Below the pieces are notes generated by a model. It did not search any database. It was not told where the DNA came from and was given only the letters and a program-made list of their open reading frames with translations. Made by a program: the position numbers and the translations under genes. From NCBI RefSeq assembly GCF_006345805.1, contig NC_043006.1, positions 33,542,001 to 33,606,000 of the forward strand: DNA of 64,000 nucleotides. The letters run 5' to 3'. This stretch comes from Octopus sinensis (Eukaryota). Below, in pieces: positions 1-12,059 of the stretch (the first letter of the stretch is position 1; every line of letters starts with the position of its first letter).

Positions 1-555
1 TTCGGTCGACTGCGTAGAGTTTGCTTGTTGGCTTGCCTTGGTTTTAGTTATTCCTTTTGCTGTATGAAGAAATAATGAGGTTTGGAATTTTGGATTTCAG
101 CCAGCATTTTCAACTCTAGTGGTCTGACAATAGTTTAGCGAGTAAAGCTAAGTGTTCAATGTGTTTAGCACTAAATCCTATATTCACTGGTAAGTATATA
201 CGAAGAAGAAGCCAACTGCAAAAAACGCACCATGTTTCTAGAATAGATTTATATATAAACAAAAGACGAATTAGTTGAACGGATAAAATACCAAGTTTTC
301 GGTTTATGGTTCGGCAATTTAAAATCTAATTCAGGTATATTTCACTCCCAAGATCATGATTCGCTAAGTTAGTAGAAAATGGTGTTGAGATTTGTCGCGT
401 CCACTTCTCAGAAACTCTGTAAAAAGGATAAAAGTAATATCCTTCCTACAGCAAGTCTAGTTGAGCATTGGCCCCGTGGATCTTCGTGATAAGCAAAAGG
501 ATTAACATTTCAGTTCACAGTACCCAAAACCATTTTTGACTTAACGACGCGCGCG

Positions 556-600
556 CAGGTGGTAGTATAGTGGTATCTCTACTTATCACGCGAGAGCTCC
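556..600 (+). pseudogene. Truncated tRNA-like remnant (Asp-like 5' half)
   Basis: A-box-like TAGTATAGTGG at 563-573, then a degenerate anticodon arm ctc..ttATCac gcgag resembling tRNA-Asp; no B box or T arm. Confidence 0.25.
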
Positions 601-647
601 GATTGGACTAAAGCCTTATGACTGGATTCGGTAGGCAGAAACAGAGT

Positions 648-845
648 TCCCCACTACCGCTTGACAACCGGTATTGGGTTGTTTACGTCTCTGTAACTTA
701 GTGGTTCGGCCCCAGAGACCGATAGAATAAGTACCAGGCTATATAAAAAAAAAAAACAAGTACTGGGGTCGATTTGTTCGCCTAAACCCTTCAAAGGTGG
801 TACCCCAGCATGATCGTAGTCCAATGACTGAAACCAGCAAAAGAT
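648..845 (+). mobile_element. SINE family A, 3' half
   Basis: cttgacaacc...gatagaataagtacc...ggggtcgatttg...atgactgaaac matches the 3' half of full copies at 28614-29003 and 29925-30395. Confidence 0.85.
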
Positions 846-1429
846 ATACACAAATACATACATACACACATAAGTTTTTGTGCAAAACAAATTATAAAAT
901 AGAACGAGGTTATGTTTACGATAAATCGACTGTTTCAACAATTTGTATTGTTGGATAAAAGCAAACATTTTATATTTTTATCTACACGTTGATTATCTTC
1001 TCATTCTATTTTTGCCGACCCAAGAAAAATATCTCAAGTTTAATAAAAACAATTTGGCAGTGAAAGGGGTTCAGGACTAACAATCTCCATCCACTCCGCT
1101 CTCACTCTCGACTTCAAATACAATGTGGAATTTATAGAAGTTTAAATCCATTTAGGAATTATGTTATTAACTTTATGATTTTCTGCGAAGAGAATTTTTA
1201 CGATGCTAATCCAGTGTGAACGAGATAAAACACGTTCTTTGATAAGCAATTTTCATTGCATATTGACAGATAAAGTATTAAATAAAGAAATTAAGTTAAG
1301 ATTGGGTTCAAATTTCTGATAGCTTTGATACAGAACAAGTAAGACAGAGAGGGGAAAAACTGCAGGTGACAAATCAATAGGAATCTGCCATCTCAACAAA
1401 TGGTTAAAAATAGATGAAACATGCAATCA

Positions 1430-1499
1430 AGATGTATGAAAAAGTTAAAGCAAAAAGGGTAAAAAGATGTATGAAAAAGTTAAAGCAAAAGGGTAAAAA
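1430..1499. repeat. 35-bp tandem duplication
   Basis: agatgtatgaaaaagttaaagcaaaa(a)gggtaaaa twice, with one A indel. Confidence 0.9.
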
Positions 1500-1837
1500 G
1501 AAAAAAAAAAAAAAAGAAAGAAAAAAGTAATTTTTCGATAGGTTCAGTAGAAGAAAAGGATTGACCAAGGTTTCGAATCGGATTTATCATCTGTATATAA
1601 GAATTTCGTAACCGCACGGACAACCGAGAAACTAGCGGTTTGTATGAAGTTTCGAGCGAGATTGTCAGAACCACTGGAGAGGACAAAATGAATTGAAATC
1701 CTGCCGAGTCAACTTTGCTGTTCGTTTTTGGAAGATTGATAAAATAAAGCACCAGTAAAGTATTAGAGTTGATTTAATATTCTTATAAAATATCCTCGAT
1801 CAAATACGAGGAAAATAACGCAGGAACAGGCCAAGGT

Positions 1838-2034
1838 CAGTGGTTCTCAACCGTTTTAATATCCGGGCCAGTTCAAAAATCTGGACTTTTGTTTTTTGGG
1901 GGCCGTACCAAAAAAATAAAACAAGTCAGCTAAAGAAAAAAATATTATATTTATAAAGGTTAGACCGTCGAGGGCCACCAGAAGGATAATTGAGAGCCGC
2001 ATGCGGCCCTGGGAGCCGTGGATAAAAGCCGCCG
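1838..2034 (+). mobile_element. hAT-like MITE
   Basis: Starts CAGTGGTTCTCAACC and carries a gccgcatgcggccc subterminal motif; related copy at 27084-27271. Confidence 0.7.
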
Positions 2035-2389
2035 GTATAGATAGTGTTAGCACAATGAACTTCATAAGTGTTTCGTTAGCTTGAATGGCTGAGATCAAGA
2101 TATTTTGCAAGTCTTAAGACAATAGGAAATCATTTCTTAGATTCTATACAAGACGATAAGATCTTTCTTTGGTAACGTTCCAGCGACCCGATAGGGTTAT
2201 AGGAATAACCAACTGCAGGAGGTGTTCAAAAATATCAAATAGAAGCTGTTTGGAGAACCTGCAGATGAAACATTTATTGGATTTATCAAGAAGTTCTTGC
2301 GCTTCTGAGATCTTATAGATATTCCCAATGGTTAGATGAATTAAAGCAGGTAAAAGAATATAGATTAAAAGTAAATGATTGAAACAGAT

Positions 2390-2689
2390 TTAAACTCCAT
2401 GCGGAGACCCCCTTCGGTCACGAATGACCATGGGGTTGCACCTAGAAAGTTACCCTCCCAGGCACAAGTCCGGGCAAGGTTGTTTATGGAAGACCAGCAG
2501 TCACCCATGCATACCAGCCTCCCCTCTCCACGCCACCGATATTATCCAAGGAAAAGTCAAAGGCCGATACAGCCTGGCACCAGTGACGTCGCAACTCATT
2601 TCTACAGCTGAGTGAACTGGAGCAAGATCACAACACACATTCCAGTCCGGGATTCGAACTCACAACCTCACGATCGTAAGCCACGCGCT
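2390..2689 (-). mobile_element. tRNA-derived SINE family D
   Basis: Minus-strand B-box-like gagttcgaatccc head, then ttgctccagttcactcagctgtagaaatgag core shared with 28200-28428 and 32198-32490. Confidence 0.8.
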
Positions 2690-3856
2690 TTCACTCCGTA
2701 CAGCTCTGGTATTTCACTACTGGAGCTCAGAGTTAACGTCTATTAAATATAGCCTCTCTCTCTAACTTGACAAACAGGCATGGCTGATGTATTTCATGTA
2801 CCAGATTTATATATTAATAACTGTGACAAAGCTATTGACTCAGATTTAATCAACACCACGACTAGTAAAAATTTGACCTAGACACCACGAAAGAGTACAA
2901 TATAGTGACAGGTAAACTTTAGTAATCCTAACTTCGTGTACTTTTCACGTGCAAATTTCAAACCCCTTGAACTCAATTCAGGGACCGCAGTTGCAGAAAA
3001 ACTACAATAAAGTTGATTTCAATACCACCTTTCTGCGTCCAAACTCTCGTTAAATTAGAGTAAATCTTATATTCCTTTTGGTAGAGAGAAAGACGTTCTT
3101 AAAATATGATGTGAAAACATAACATTTCATAATAAACGAATTTTTTATTTTTACATCAGCAAGATATTGATTTTGGATTGATGAAATGGTAAATGTGAAA
3201 CTGCAAGGACGCGCAGTTTTTCAAGCGATTTGCGATGGAAATGAAGTACTGTCAGAAATCGAAACTGAATCACGCAAGCACCACAACACTCACCAAATGA
3301 CAATTCATTTATAGAAAAAACGTCGAGGTGTGATGATAATAACGTTAAAAGCAACAGACAAAACACCTTGAAATATTTAATCACGTCCCTTTACGTTCTA
3401 AATTCAAAACCTGACAAAATCAAGTTTGTCCTTCATCTTTCTGGGTGTGCATATTAAAATAAGTATCAATTAAGAATCAATCGCCTCCATTCACATTAGG
3501 CGCAAAACATCGAATATGATAGTTAAAAAAAATCCCGGGCCAATTTGTTTATAATTCGAGTGACAATTAGCGTTGAAAAGAGATGAGATGTCAACAAGCT
3601 GACTCTCTAATCCAGTTTTGATTACTTATTGAAACAATTTTATCTGAGGTGGTTCAAGCTAACAGAAGTACAAAGTTGATTACGAATGTGTGCGCGCACA
3701 TTATGATGGAAATACTTCTTTTGTGCAAAGCAATTCGCAAGAGGGTTCCCCCGCCAATCTTATTGTAGTAATGCGTGTGCATGGACATGTACAAATGTGA
3801 CCGAAATCACCCTTTCTATATTCTCGCTAAATATAAATCGAACACTAGAAATTTCG

Positions 3857-4337
<481 letters not shown>

Positions 4338-6319
4338 CGCGATTGGTGATAATTTCAAGAATGAAAAAAAAAGGACCTTATTTCTCAACATGCCGAATCA
4401 CGGGAGTTCACCAGGGATCTTTTAGCTCTCTTAACCGAGTTATTTTGACTACTTGCGAATGGTTTCATAAATCATAGTAGTATATATTTAATGTCATTGA
4501 CATCAGAATAGTTTACTAATGTTTACCAAACCAAATACGTTAATTTGGTAGAGAGGAAAAAAACCTCATAAATTTAGAAGTAATTCAAAATATAATTGTG
4601 CTTTTATACAATTTTACATCTGTTTTAGACTGTTTTTTTTTTTTTTTTTGAAAATTTCAATACAAAAACGTCAAAGTTTGGTAAACACACAATTCAATAG
4701 TGGCTATTTATATTTGTCCATATCATAAACTCTCTATTCATCCAACAAAGAACGAAACTTGCAACAATTGGAAAAAGTTTGGATATTTTCACAAGGAAGT
4801 CAGTTAAAAAAAAGAGCTGCAACGAAATGCCTGCAATCCTCGTAACAAGTGCACATCGTGGAAATAGTCAGTGTACATACTAACCTACATATTGATGTTT
4901 TATTCAATTAGGGTAGCATTACCAGTTTCATAGATGAAGATATTTGCAAGAATTTTTTTTCACCATATCGAATGACTTTGAACTGGCCTAGGAACTCAGC
5001 CTAAGCAAACAGTTTCAAGTTTCAGTATCTCAAAGAACTCTCTCTTTCTCTCTTGTGTATGTGTTTTGTATGAAAAGACGCGTTTATATTTTATCTAGTG
5101 TGTGTTCCTCTATATTTCTGGGGCATAGCTTTGTTCAACGACAAGGCTGTTATATTTAAACTCAGAGCACCCCACCCTACCCTATAAAATCTTATTGTTG
5201 CTCGATGTTTTCTATGTTGGTGACCTCACTTCCCCATATTTTTACCCAGACACCCAATAATTTCAAACTAGCTACTAAATTTAGCTATTTTCTTCATTTG
5301 ATGAAATATTTTTTTTACGCAAGAGACCAAGTGACTTAAAGATAATATTATCGAGCGACCCCAGTATCTAAAGCAGTAAGCATAAATCGTAGTAAAACAG
5401 GCAACACTAAACTTTATGGACTGTTCACAAATGATAAAGGGCTACAATTTTTGGTTGCTCACCTACTTCCTAATATCGGAGATCTCGTGCCTTCTATTTC
5501 CTGAAATTAATTCTACAGCAAATTTGATGTGAAAATAGAACACCTTCAGAATGCACTCTACAATGACAATTAGAGATGCACTAAATTTTAAGCTGATGGA
5601 TGCTTATTTTCGTTTATAAATCGTTGGCAAAACTACTGAGGAACACCATTGGGTACAATTTATTTCACTTACTGAGAGACTTACATTGAGTCATGACTAA
5701 TGTCTTTTCTTACAAATATACATTTGTCACATGAGATGTAAAATAAAAATGATACTCTACAACCATTTAGAACAATTGCAAATCTCACGTTGATGACTCG
5801 ATGCCAGCAATACTAAACATCTACAGCGACAATTCTAAATGAACGTCTCCTTTCTCGCAACTATTTCAATCACTATTAAATCCTAATTTTCCATTATAAA
5901 AAGACACATAGATGTTATTTATCGCTTTAAATCTTCAACAATTGCCTCTCTCTAATCTACTTTCTATCAAGTTTCATTATACGTTGAAAATGATGTATTT
6001 GGAACTACACTTTTCAGTGCCCCTTCATAATGGAATAATCCGGTCATTTTCTTCAAAAGCTCATTAATCGAAAAGGAACGTATCTTCATTATAGGAAGGA
6101 TTAAGAAATGATCTTTTTCTCATTTTCACTTCGAGACAAGAAGCAATCTCATTCATATTTAGTTACAAAAGTAGAGAAAAAACAACAAAAAAAGTTAAAT
6201 TTTTCGTTGACGCATACAATACTCTTTTATATTTATGGTATTTGACAAACACCGAGTAAAAACAACACCTGCAGATGCTCTTACGAAATGCTTTTCCATA
6301 TCACCCGGAACCAGCACAG

Positions 6320-7250
6320 CTAGGTCTAAGAACTTGTAATTTTCTTTGGAAGTTAAGCCACCAGACTGTCGTCTTCCTCAAGCCCATAAAATCATTCGAG
6401 CGTCTCAGAGTCAACTTGAAAAGGTCCTCTGAAATCAGTTAACTCTAACCTCAACTTTGTTGTGATTATATTACTCAAGAAAAATCTCCTTTTATGTTTG
6501 CGTGCTCAAGCAAGACAACTGCCCTAGCAATTCGTTGTTTTTCAAAATATCATCATATACATGGTGCTCCAGCTTTAACTCGCTCACACCGTGATGTTTG
6601 TACCTTTTAAAAAAAAAAACTAAAACAACTTTATATTTTACACTCGCCTAAATAATAGAAAGCAATAACACTTAACCTTCGTGGAAATTGACAGAAAAAC
6701 AGTGGAATGCCGATTTAAGGGAATCGCACCAGGGGACTAGGCCCCTCCTTTGCATAACTAACCTGACACCTCATGAAAGACCACTTAGCGTTCAACATCA
6801 ATCATCAACGGAACAGTTTTATCTGGATGGTTGTCTAAACATGACGTGTTTTATTTAATCCTAACAGTAAATATACACCAAGGTCGCTACATAGCGCTAT
6901 CTCTATTGAAAAAAACAACTTCACCTCAGTCTGACCTCCGCCGCACGAAATCATTCAAAATCTGGTTCCACCTGAAGACTTCCATTGGTGATTCCCACGA
7001 CGTCGACTTTCTGAAGTATCCAACCCAATCAAGATCTGAAACCTCTGTCGATGAAAGGCTTAATTCCACAGTGACATGCTGAGAATTCGGGTTCGATAAG
7101 TATCGATCTGTTTATTTAAGAGGAAATGACAGCTTAGCCACTTCAATTTCCTCGTCACTCAACAAGGATCTGGAAAGCACAAGCTGGATTAAATTTGTAA
7201 ATTCATTACTACCTCATCTGGTCCAGGTGCTTTAAGAAAATACTTTAGTC
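6320..7250 (-). pseudogene. Highly decayed non-LTR reverse transcriptase fragment
   Basis: Minus-strand motifs in the correct RT order: KAPGPD (7233-7216), [R]GVR..QGGPSPL-like (6773-6728), a degenerate Y-DD motif (HVYDDIL, about 6564-6543), ENYKFL (6344-6327); many stops and frameshifts. Confidence 0.6.
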
Positions 7251-7999
7251 GAAGGGTAGCAGCCAGCCACTTGCAATAAAAACAGACCGAGTTTCGAATA
7301 CTGAAACCGAACATTTTGGCTAAATAAAACTACTTGGTTTTCGGTAAAACTGTTTTTCATTATAACATAAAGACCAGACTTACAAACCACAACAGTCAAC
7401 GTCAACACCATATAAGGACTCTAATACTGCATGGCCATGAGAGATTTTTAAAGTATATCTCCATCTCACGACAGATACAACATGATGCATAATTTCGCTT
7501 GAAATATTGTAGTTTCAAATTTATTTTAAAGATAAATGGTTTTCTCTTCTAAAGAGAATAATATCTTGTTTCAGGAAATAAAGTAACTATTAATTAGTGG
7601 TATTAAGGAACAAGAGAAATTGGCTTAAAGAAAGAAATTTCCAGTATGAAATAGAGAAAAGTGGTGGTGGTGGTGGTGGTGCGGGGGCACAAAAGCACGA
7701 AAAATAAATGATAAATGCCCATACAAACCACAGGAGCTTTAGGGTTGGTGTTTAACATTAAACAATCGAATTTCTTATTCCCTACAACCAACTTCACTGT
7801 TGTAGGAGGAATCAAGCGTCCAGTCTTTAGACAGCGACCACTTGATGCAAATATGAACTGGTGAAGTACAGTACTTCTGATTATTTCACATCAATAAGAA
7901 TACGAAGAGATGGTTACATGATTATTTTAACAAGTGAATTACTTCTGAATGGACAGAACAGACAAGAGCGTGTATGAGACTGGGCTTTGATATAGTTAG

Positions 8000-8165
8000 T
8001 ACTATTCTTTTCTGCTCTAGACACAAGGCCCGGAATTTTGGGGGAGGGGGCCAGTCGATTAGATCGACCCCAGTACGCAACTGGTACTTAATTTATCGAC
8101 CCCAAAAGGATGAAAAGCAAAGTCGACCTCGGCGGAATTTGAACTTAGGACGGTAAAGATAGACG
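8000..8165 (-). mobile_element. SINE family B (tail type 2)
   Basis: gttcaaattccgccgaggtcgactttgc..tcatcc..gggtcgat..aagtaccag core on the minus strand, with tail ccttgtgtctagagcagaaaagaata. Confidence 0.85.
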
Positions 8166-9739
8166 ATATAGTTAGTACTATTGACATGAATCTGGCTATT
8201 TTAGCCCCGGGTCAACCTTGATGAAAGAGAATGACCAGAAAGGCATTTTTATCTACGGCTATCCACCGTCGATTTTCTTTCTTCCCCTTTTTTAAACCCA
8301 AGGACAGTATATTGTAGGTGTAGGGGCTATCCAGTTGGCTCGATATCAAATTTGTAATTTGAAATTTTGTTTTTAATATAGTCAGAGGAGAATGGACAAC
8401 GTCCATGGCATTTGTTGGACTTCACGAACGGGTGAGACTGATGATGATGTTCATCTTGAGCATAACTTACGTTGTCAGTGGCAAAGCACTCAGTACATCA
8501 TGTACGTCGACCCCCACACCCGTCTAGACAAGGACCTCATGGAGATTCTTAATAGAGGTACAGCATATTTTTATAAGGTATTTTAGCTATGTGGCATTCA
8601 GTTGAGCATAGAAAGCATGTAAAATCCTGCTCTCCATTCAAGACTTTTTGTAGGGGTGGTGAGATGTTATTGCAATGGAAATTAGTGGTATTAAATTGGT
8701 CCTAAGTTGCTGGTAAATTGGTAATTTATGTCTATTAGTGGAACTGGGTGTGACACTGCGTATTCTACTGCCTGAAAAACTATTTAAATTTCCACGTTAA
8801 ATAACGTTCAGTCCGAAACATTTCTATTGCTGACAAGGAAGACTATATGTGGTCAGCCAGCCTATTGGAAGTAGTAGCCAAATTACATCACATTACCATT
8901 CGGTAATAAAGCTTATAATAAAAGAAACACAACTTTGATTATATATCTGGTTGATTAGGCCTGGTTTTCCTATGATAAACAACAACCCTAAGAGACCATT
9001 GCAAGCGATAAATATTGACCACGTACATCTGATGTAGTCGCTTCGCGTAATGTGGAGTCTTGTCAACCAGTTAAATATTTTTTAACTCCTTCTCTACACA
9101 CACAAACATGTTTGTAATTAGAGAATTTCCCGAGTTACTAAGATATGGGTTTGGTACTTTTTTGTATGTGTTGAACAACTGACATGAAACGCGTGATTCA
9201 GCAAAGCCATGCGAAAAGAAAAACAAGCATTAACCAGTGACCCATTACACTATAATATATTACAATATAAACAAGTCGTTGACTATTTATACCCCTTTTT
9301 AATCGATTAGAAAGGAAAGAAAAACATAGACATGACAATTTTTATATTTTAGATGTTTGTATAAGAAAGTAGGGGGATTCTTAGGGGTTTTCTGGAATCA
9401 TCTGACCTGATAGGTACTTAACTGTTAAAAAGTTGCAGGATAAAACTTAAGCAGAAAGTTACAGTTCAGGATGATCGAAAGCCAATTCAGAACCAAACTA
9501 AGTGTCCTACAATTCAAATGCCTAAACTCTAAAGCATTTTTAAGGGTAGGCAGAAGGCCAAAAAGTTTGGGGGAGGTGGAGAGTCAAAGTTATCCTTGGC
9601 AGCATTTGAACTCGGAATATAAAAAAGCTGGAAGAAATGTCACTAATTATTTTGTCTGATGTGCTAACCACTCTGCCAGCTCACTACCTTTGGTTTGTCT
9701 CTAATATTCTCAGATATGATCTGATACTGACAGAGCAGA

Positions 9740-9832
9740 CAATCCAATCCTATTTTCCACGACAATAGGATTGTCAATGTCAATCCAATCCTATTTTCTA
9801 TGACAATAGGATCGTCAATGTCAATTCAATCC
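9740..9832. repeat. 41-bp tandem repeat x2.3 with an internal hairpin
   Basis: Unit caatccaatcctattttccacgacaataggattgtcaatgt; CAATCCTATT/AATAGGATTG is a perfect 10-bp stem. Confidence 0.85.
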
Positions 9833-10584
9833 TTTTCAGACAATATATCTAGTATTATATAATTAATACAGTAGGGTGTGGTTTTGAGGAAATTTAGCTG
9901 TCATTACGAGCTGGTCAAACAACCACATAGTGGATGTCTAGGCTCATGACAGGTGAAAGCAGTAAGTTGAATATAATAGTGTATGATCTGTTGAAATGTC
10001 TGGAGTGAGTAAACACCAAATTGGGTGCCACACCCTAAAATCTTGGGATTCTAAATAGACTATCACTCAGTTTAGCTTCCTGAAAGTTCCATCTTGACCT
10101 CAGTATCAGGATTTTACAACTTGAGCAGGAGGGAATTTGAGTAATGGCTTAGCAGATTGAAGGATTTGTGAAGAATATTAGTGATAACACTATTGTGATA
10201 ATGGTTATTGTGGAAGAAGTGGGAGGGAAAAAAGGATTTTAAAAATAGCAGCATTTGGAAGTATATATTTTGGAAATAACTTGATTTAGTGCAGCCAACA
10301 TATGTGATAGTAAATTAAAGACATTAAGTAGATATTAACACATGTAAAAGTTTAAACATTCATAATTGATGCTGGTTAACAAAAAACACAGGTCTTTAAA
10401 GTAATTGTTACATACAGATAATATATCCTTACAATATACAAGTTAGTCCTCTCTGGGTTTATGTTTACAGCTTAGGTTCAGATTTAAAATTTAGGTTCAA
10501 ATATGCTTTACATTTAACCAGGACTCAATTATAAAACATACACCGCCCATGTATTATCTCATTACACACACTCTCCATATATTT

Positions 10585-11280
10585 GTATATACATCTATAC
10601 ACACAAATGCAAATATACATATATGCATACAGATATCTATACAAACATATATGTATGCATACACACATCTATACATACACGTATGCATATACACACATCT
10701 ATACAAACATACATGTATGCATATACACACACACATCTATACAAACATTTATACATATGCACACATGTATGCATACACATATACATGTATGGATACATAC
10801 ATATACATACACGTATGGATACATATACATACATGTATGGACGGACACACACACATACATACATGTATGGACACACACACACATACATGGACACACACAC
10901 ATACATACATGTATGGACACACACACATACAAGTATGGACACACACACATACATACATGTATGGACACACACACATACAAGTATGGACACACACACATAC
11001 ATACGTGTATGGACACACACACATATACATGCGTGTATGGACATACACACACATATACATGCATGTATGGACATACACACACATATACATGCATGTATGG
11101 ACACACACACATATACATGCATGTATGGACACACACACATATACATGCATGTATGGACACACACATATACATGCACGTATGGACACATAGATACATGTAT
11201 GGACACGTATACATACATGTATGCACACACACATATATGTATGCACACACACACATATATGTATGCACACACACACACAT
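10585..11280. repeat. Purine-pyrimidine minisatellite of roughly 28-30-bp units
   Basis: Repeated atacatgcatgtatggacacacacacat variants; source of the spurious H/T/Y/M and C/V/Y ORFs. Confidence 0.9.
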
Positions 11281-11350
11281 AAAAGATATACAGTCAATAC
11301 ACATACATACATGTATTATATATGCATATATAATATACATCCAACAATCC

Positions 11351-11381
<31 letters not shown>

Positions 11382-11547
11382 GTTTTTATTTTATACAATT
11401 TCCCAACTACAGTATATGCCCCACAAAATACAGTTCATTAATATTCAAAATTACTCTCACTACATCACTTCACCTTCTTGTTTATGCTTACATATTGCCA
11501 GGGAAATCTAAAATATTAAATACTATATAACACACACACACACACAT

Positions 11548-11580
<33 letters not shown>

Positions 11581-12010
11581 CACCCATAGTTCATTCAGGT
11601 CGAGAGCTATACATAAAAATTTGATTACTCAGGCCCAATATATACATACGTTTGTAACACAAGTTATATATTATACACACATTATCAGTATACCAGCGCT
11701 AAATATATACCTCAGAAATTTGTGTGCGTATATATATTCCTAAGTATACACACACACACACGGTCACATGCGTAAACACTAACACATGCGTTTTATATAT
11801 ATACCATTTGGCTTATTGACAGAACTATTTTGAATGTGTATCAGTATACACCGTTTATCATATACATACATATGTCTATATAACACATTATATGTAATTT
11901 CAATAACGGGTATATATATGCACAGTGCACTGATATTTCATACACACAAACATCCACATACCTACAGATGTATACTATAAACATACAAGGTCATATGAGC
12001 GTGCAATATC

Positions 12011-12059
<49 letters not shown>

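Noticed and set aside
1-189. Possible plus-strand exon ending CTG|gtaagt, with ATG at 159 (MCLALNPIFT)
   Set aside because: Good donor, but no recognisable product and no phase-compatible downstream exon found
6972-7050. CTGAAGA...GAAACCTCTGTC hammerhead-like match
   Set aside because: No helix II or helix I pairing; lies antisense within a LINE remnant
8392-8586. 64-aa complex ORF (MDNVHGICW...)
   Set aside because: No motif, splice support or homology I can recognise
9740-9832. CRISPR-like palindromic repeat
   Set aside because: No unique spacers, only 2.3 units, animal genome context, no cas genes
10549-11530. Six overlapping ORFs of 187-315 aa
   Set aside because: Stop-free minisatellite open on both strands; not coding evidence
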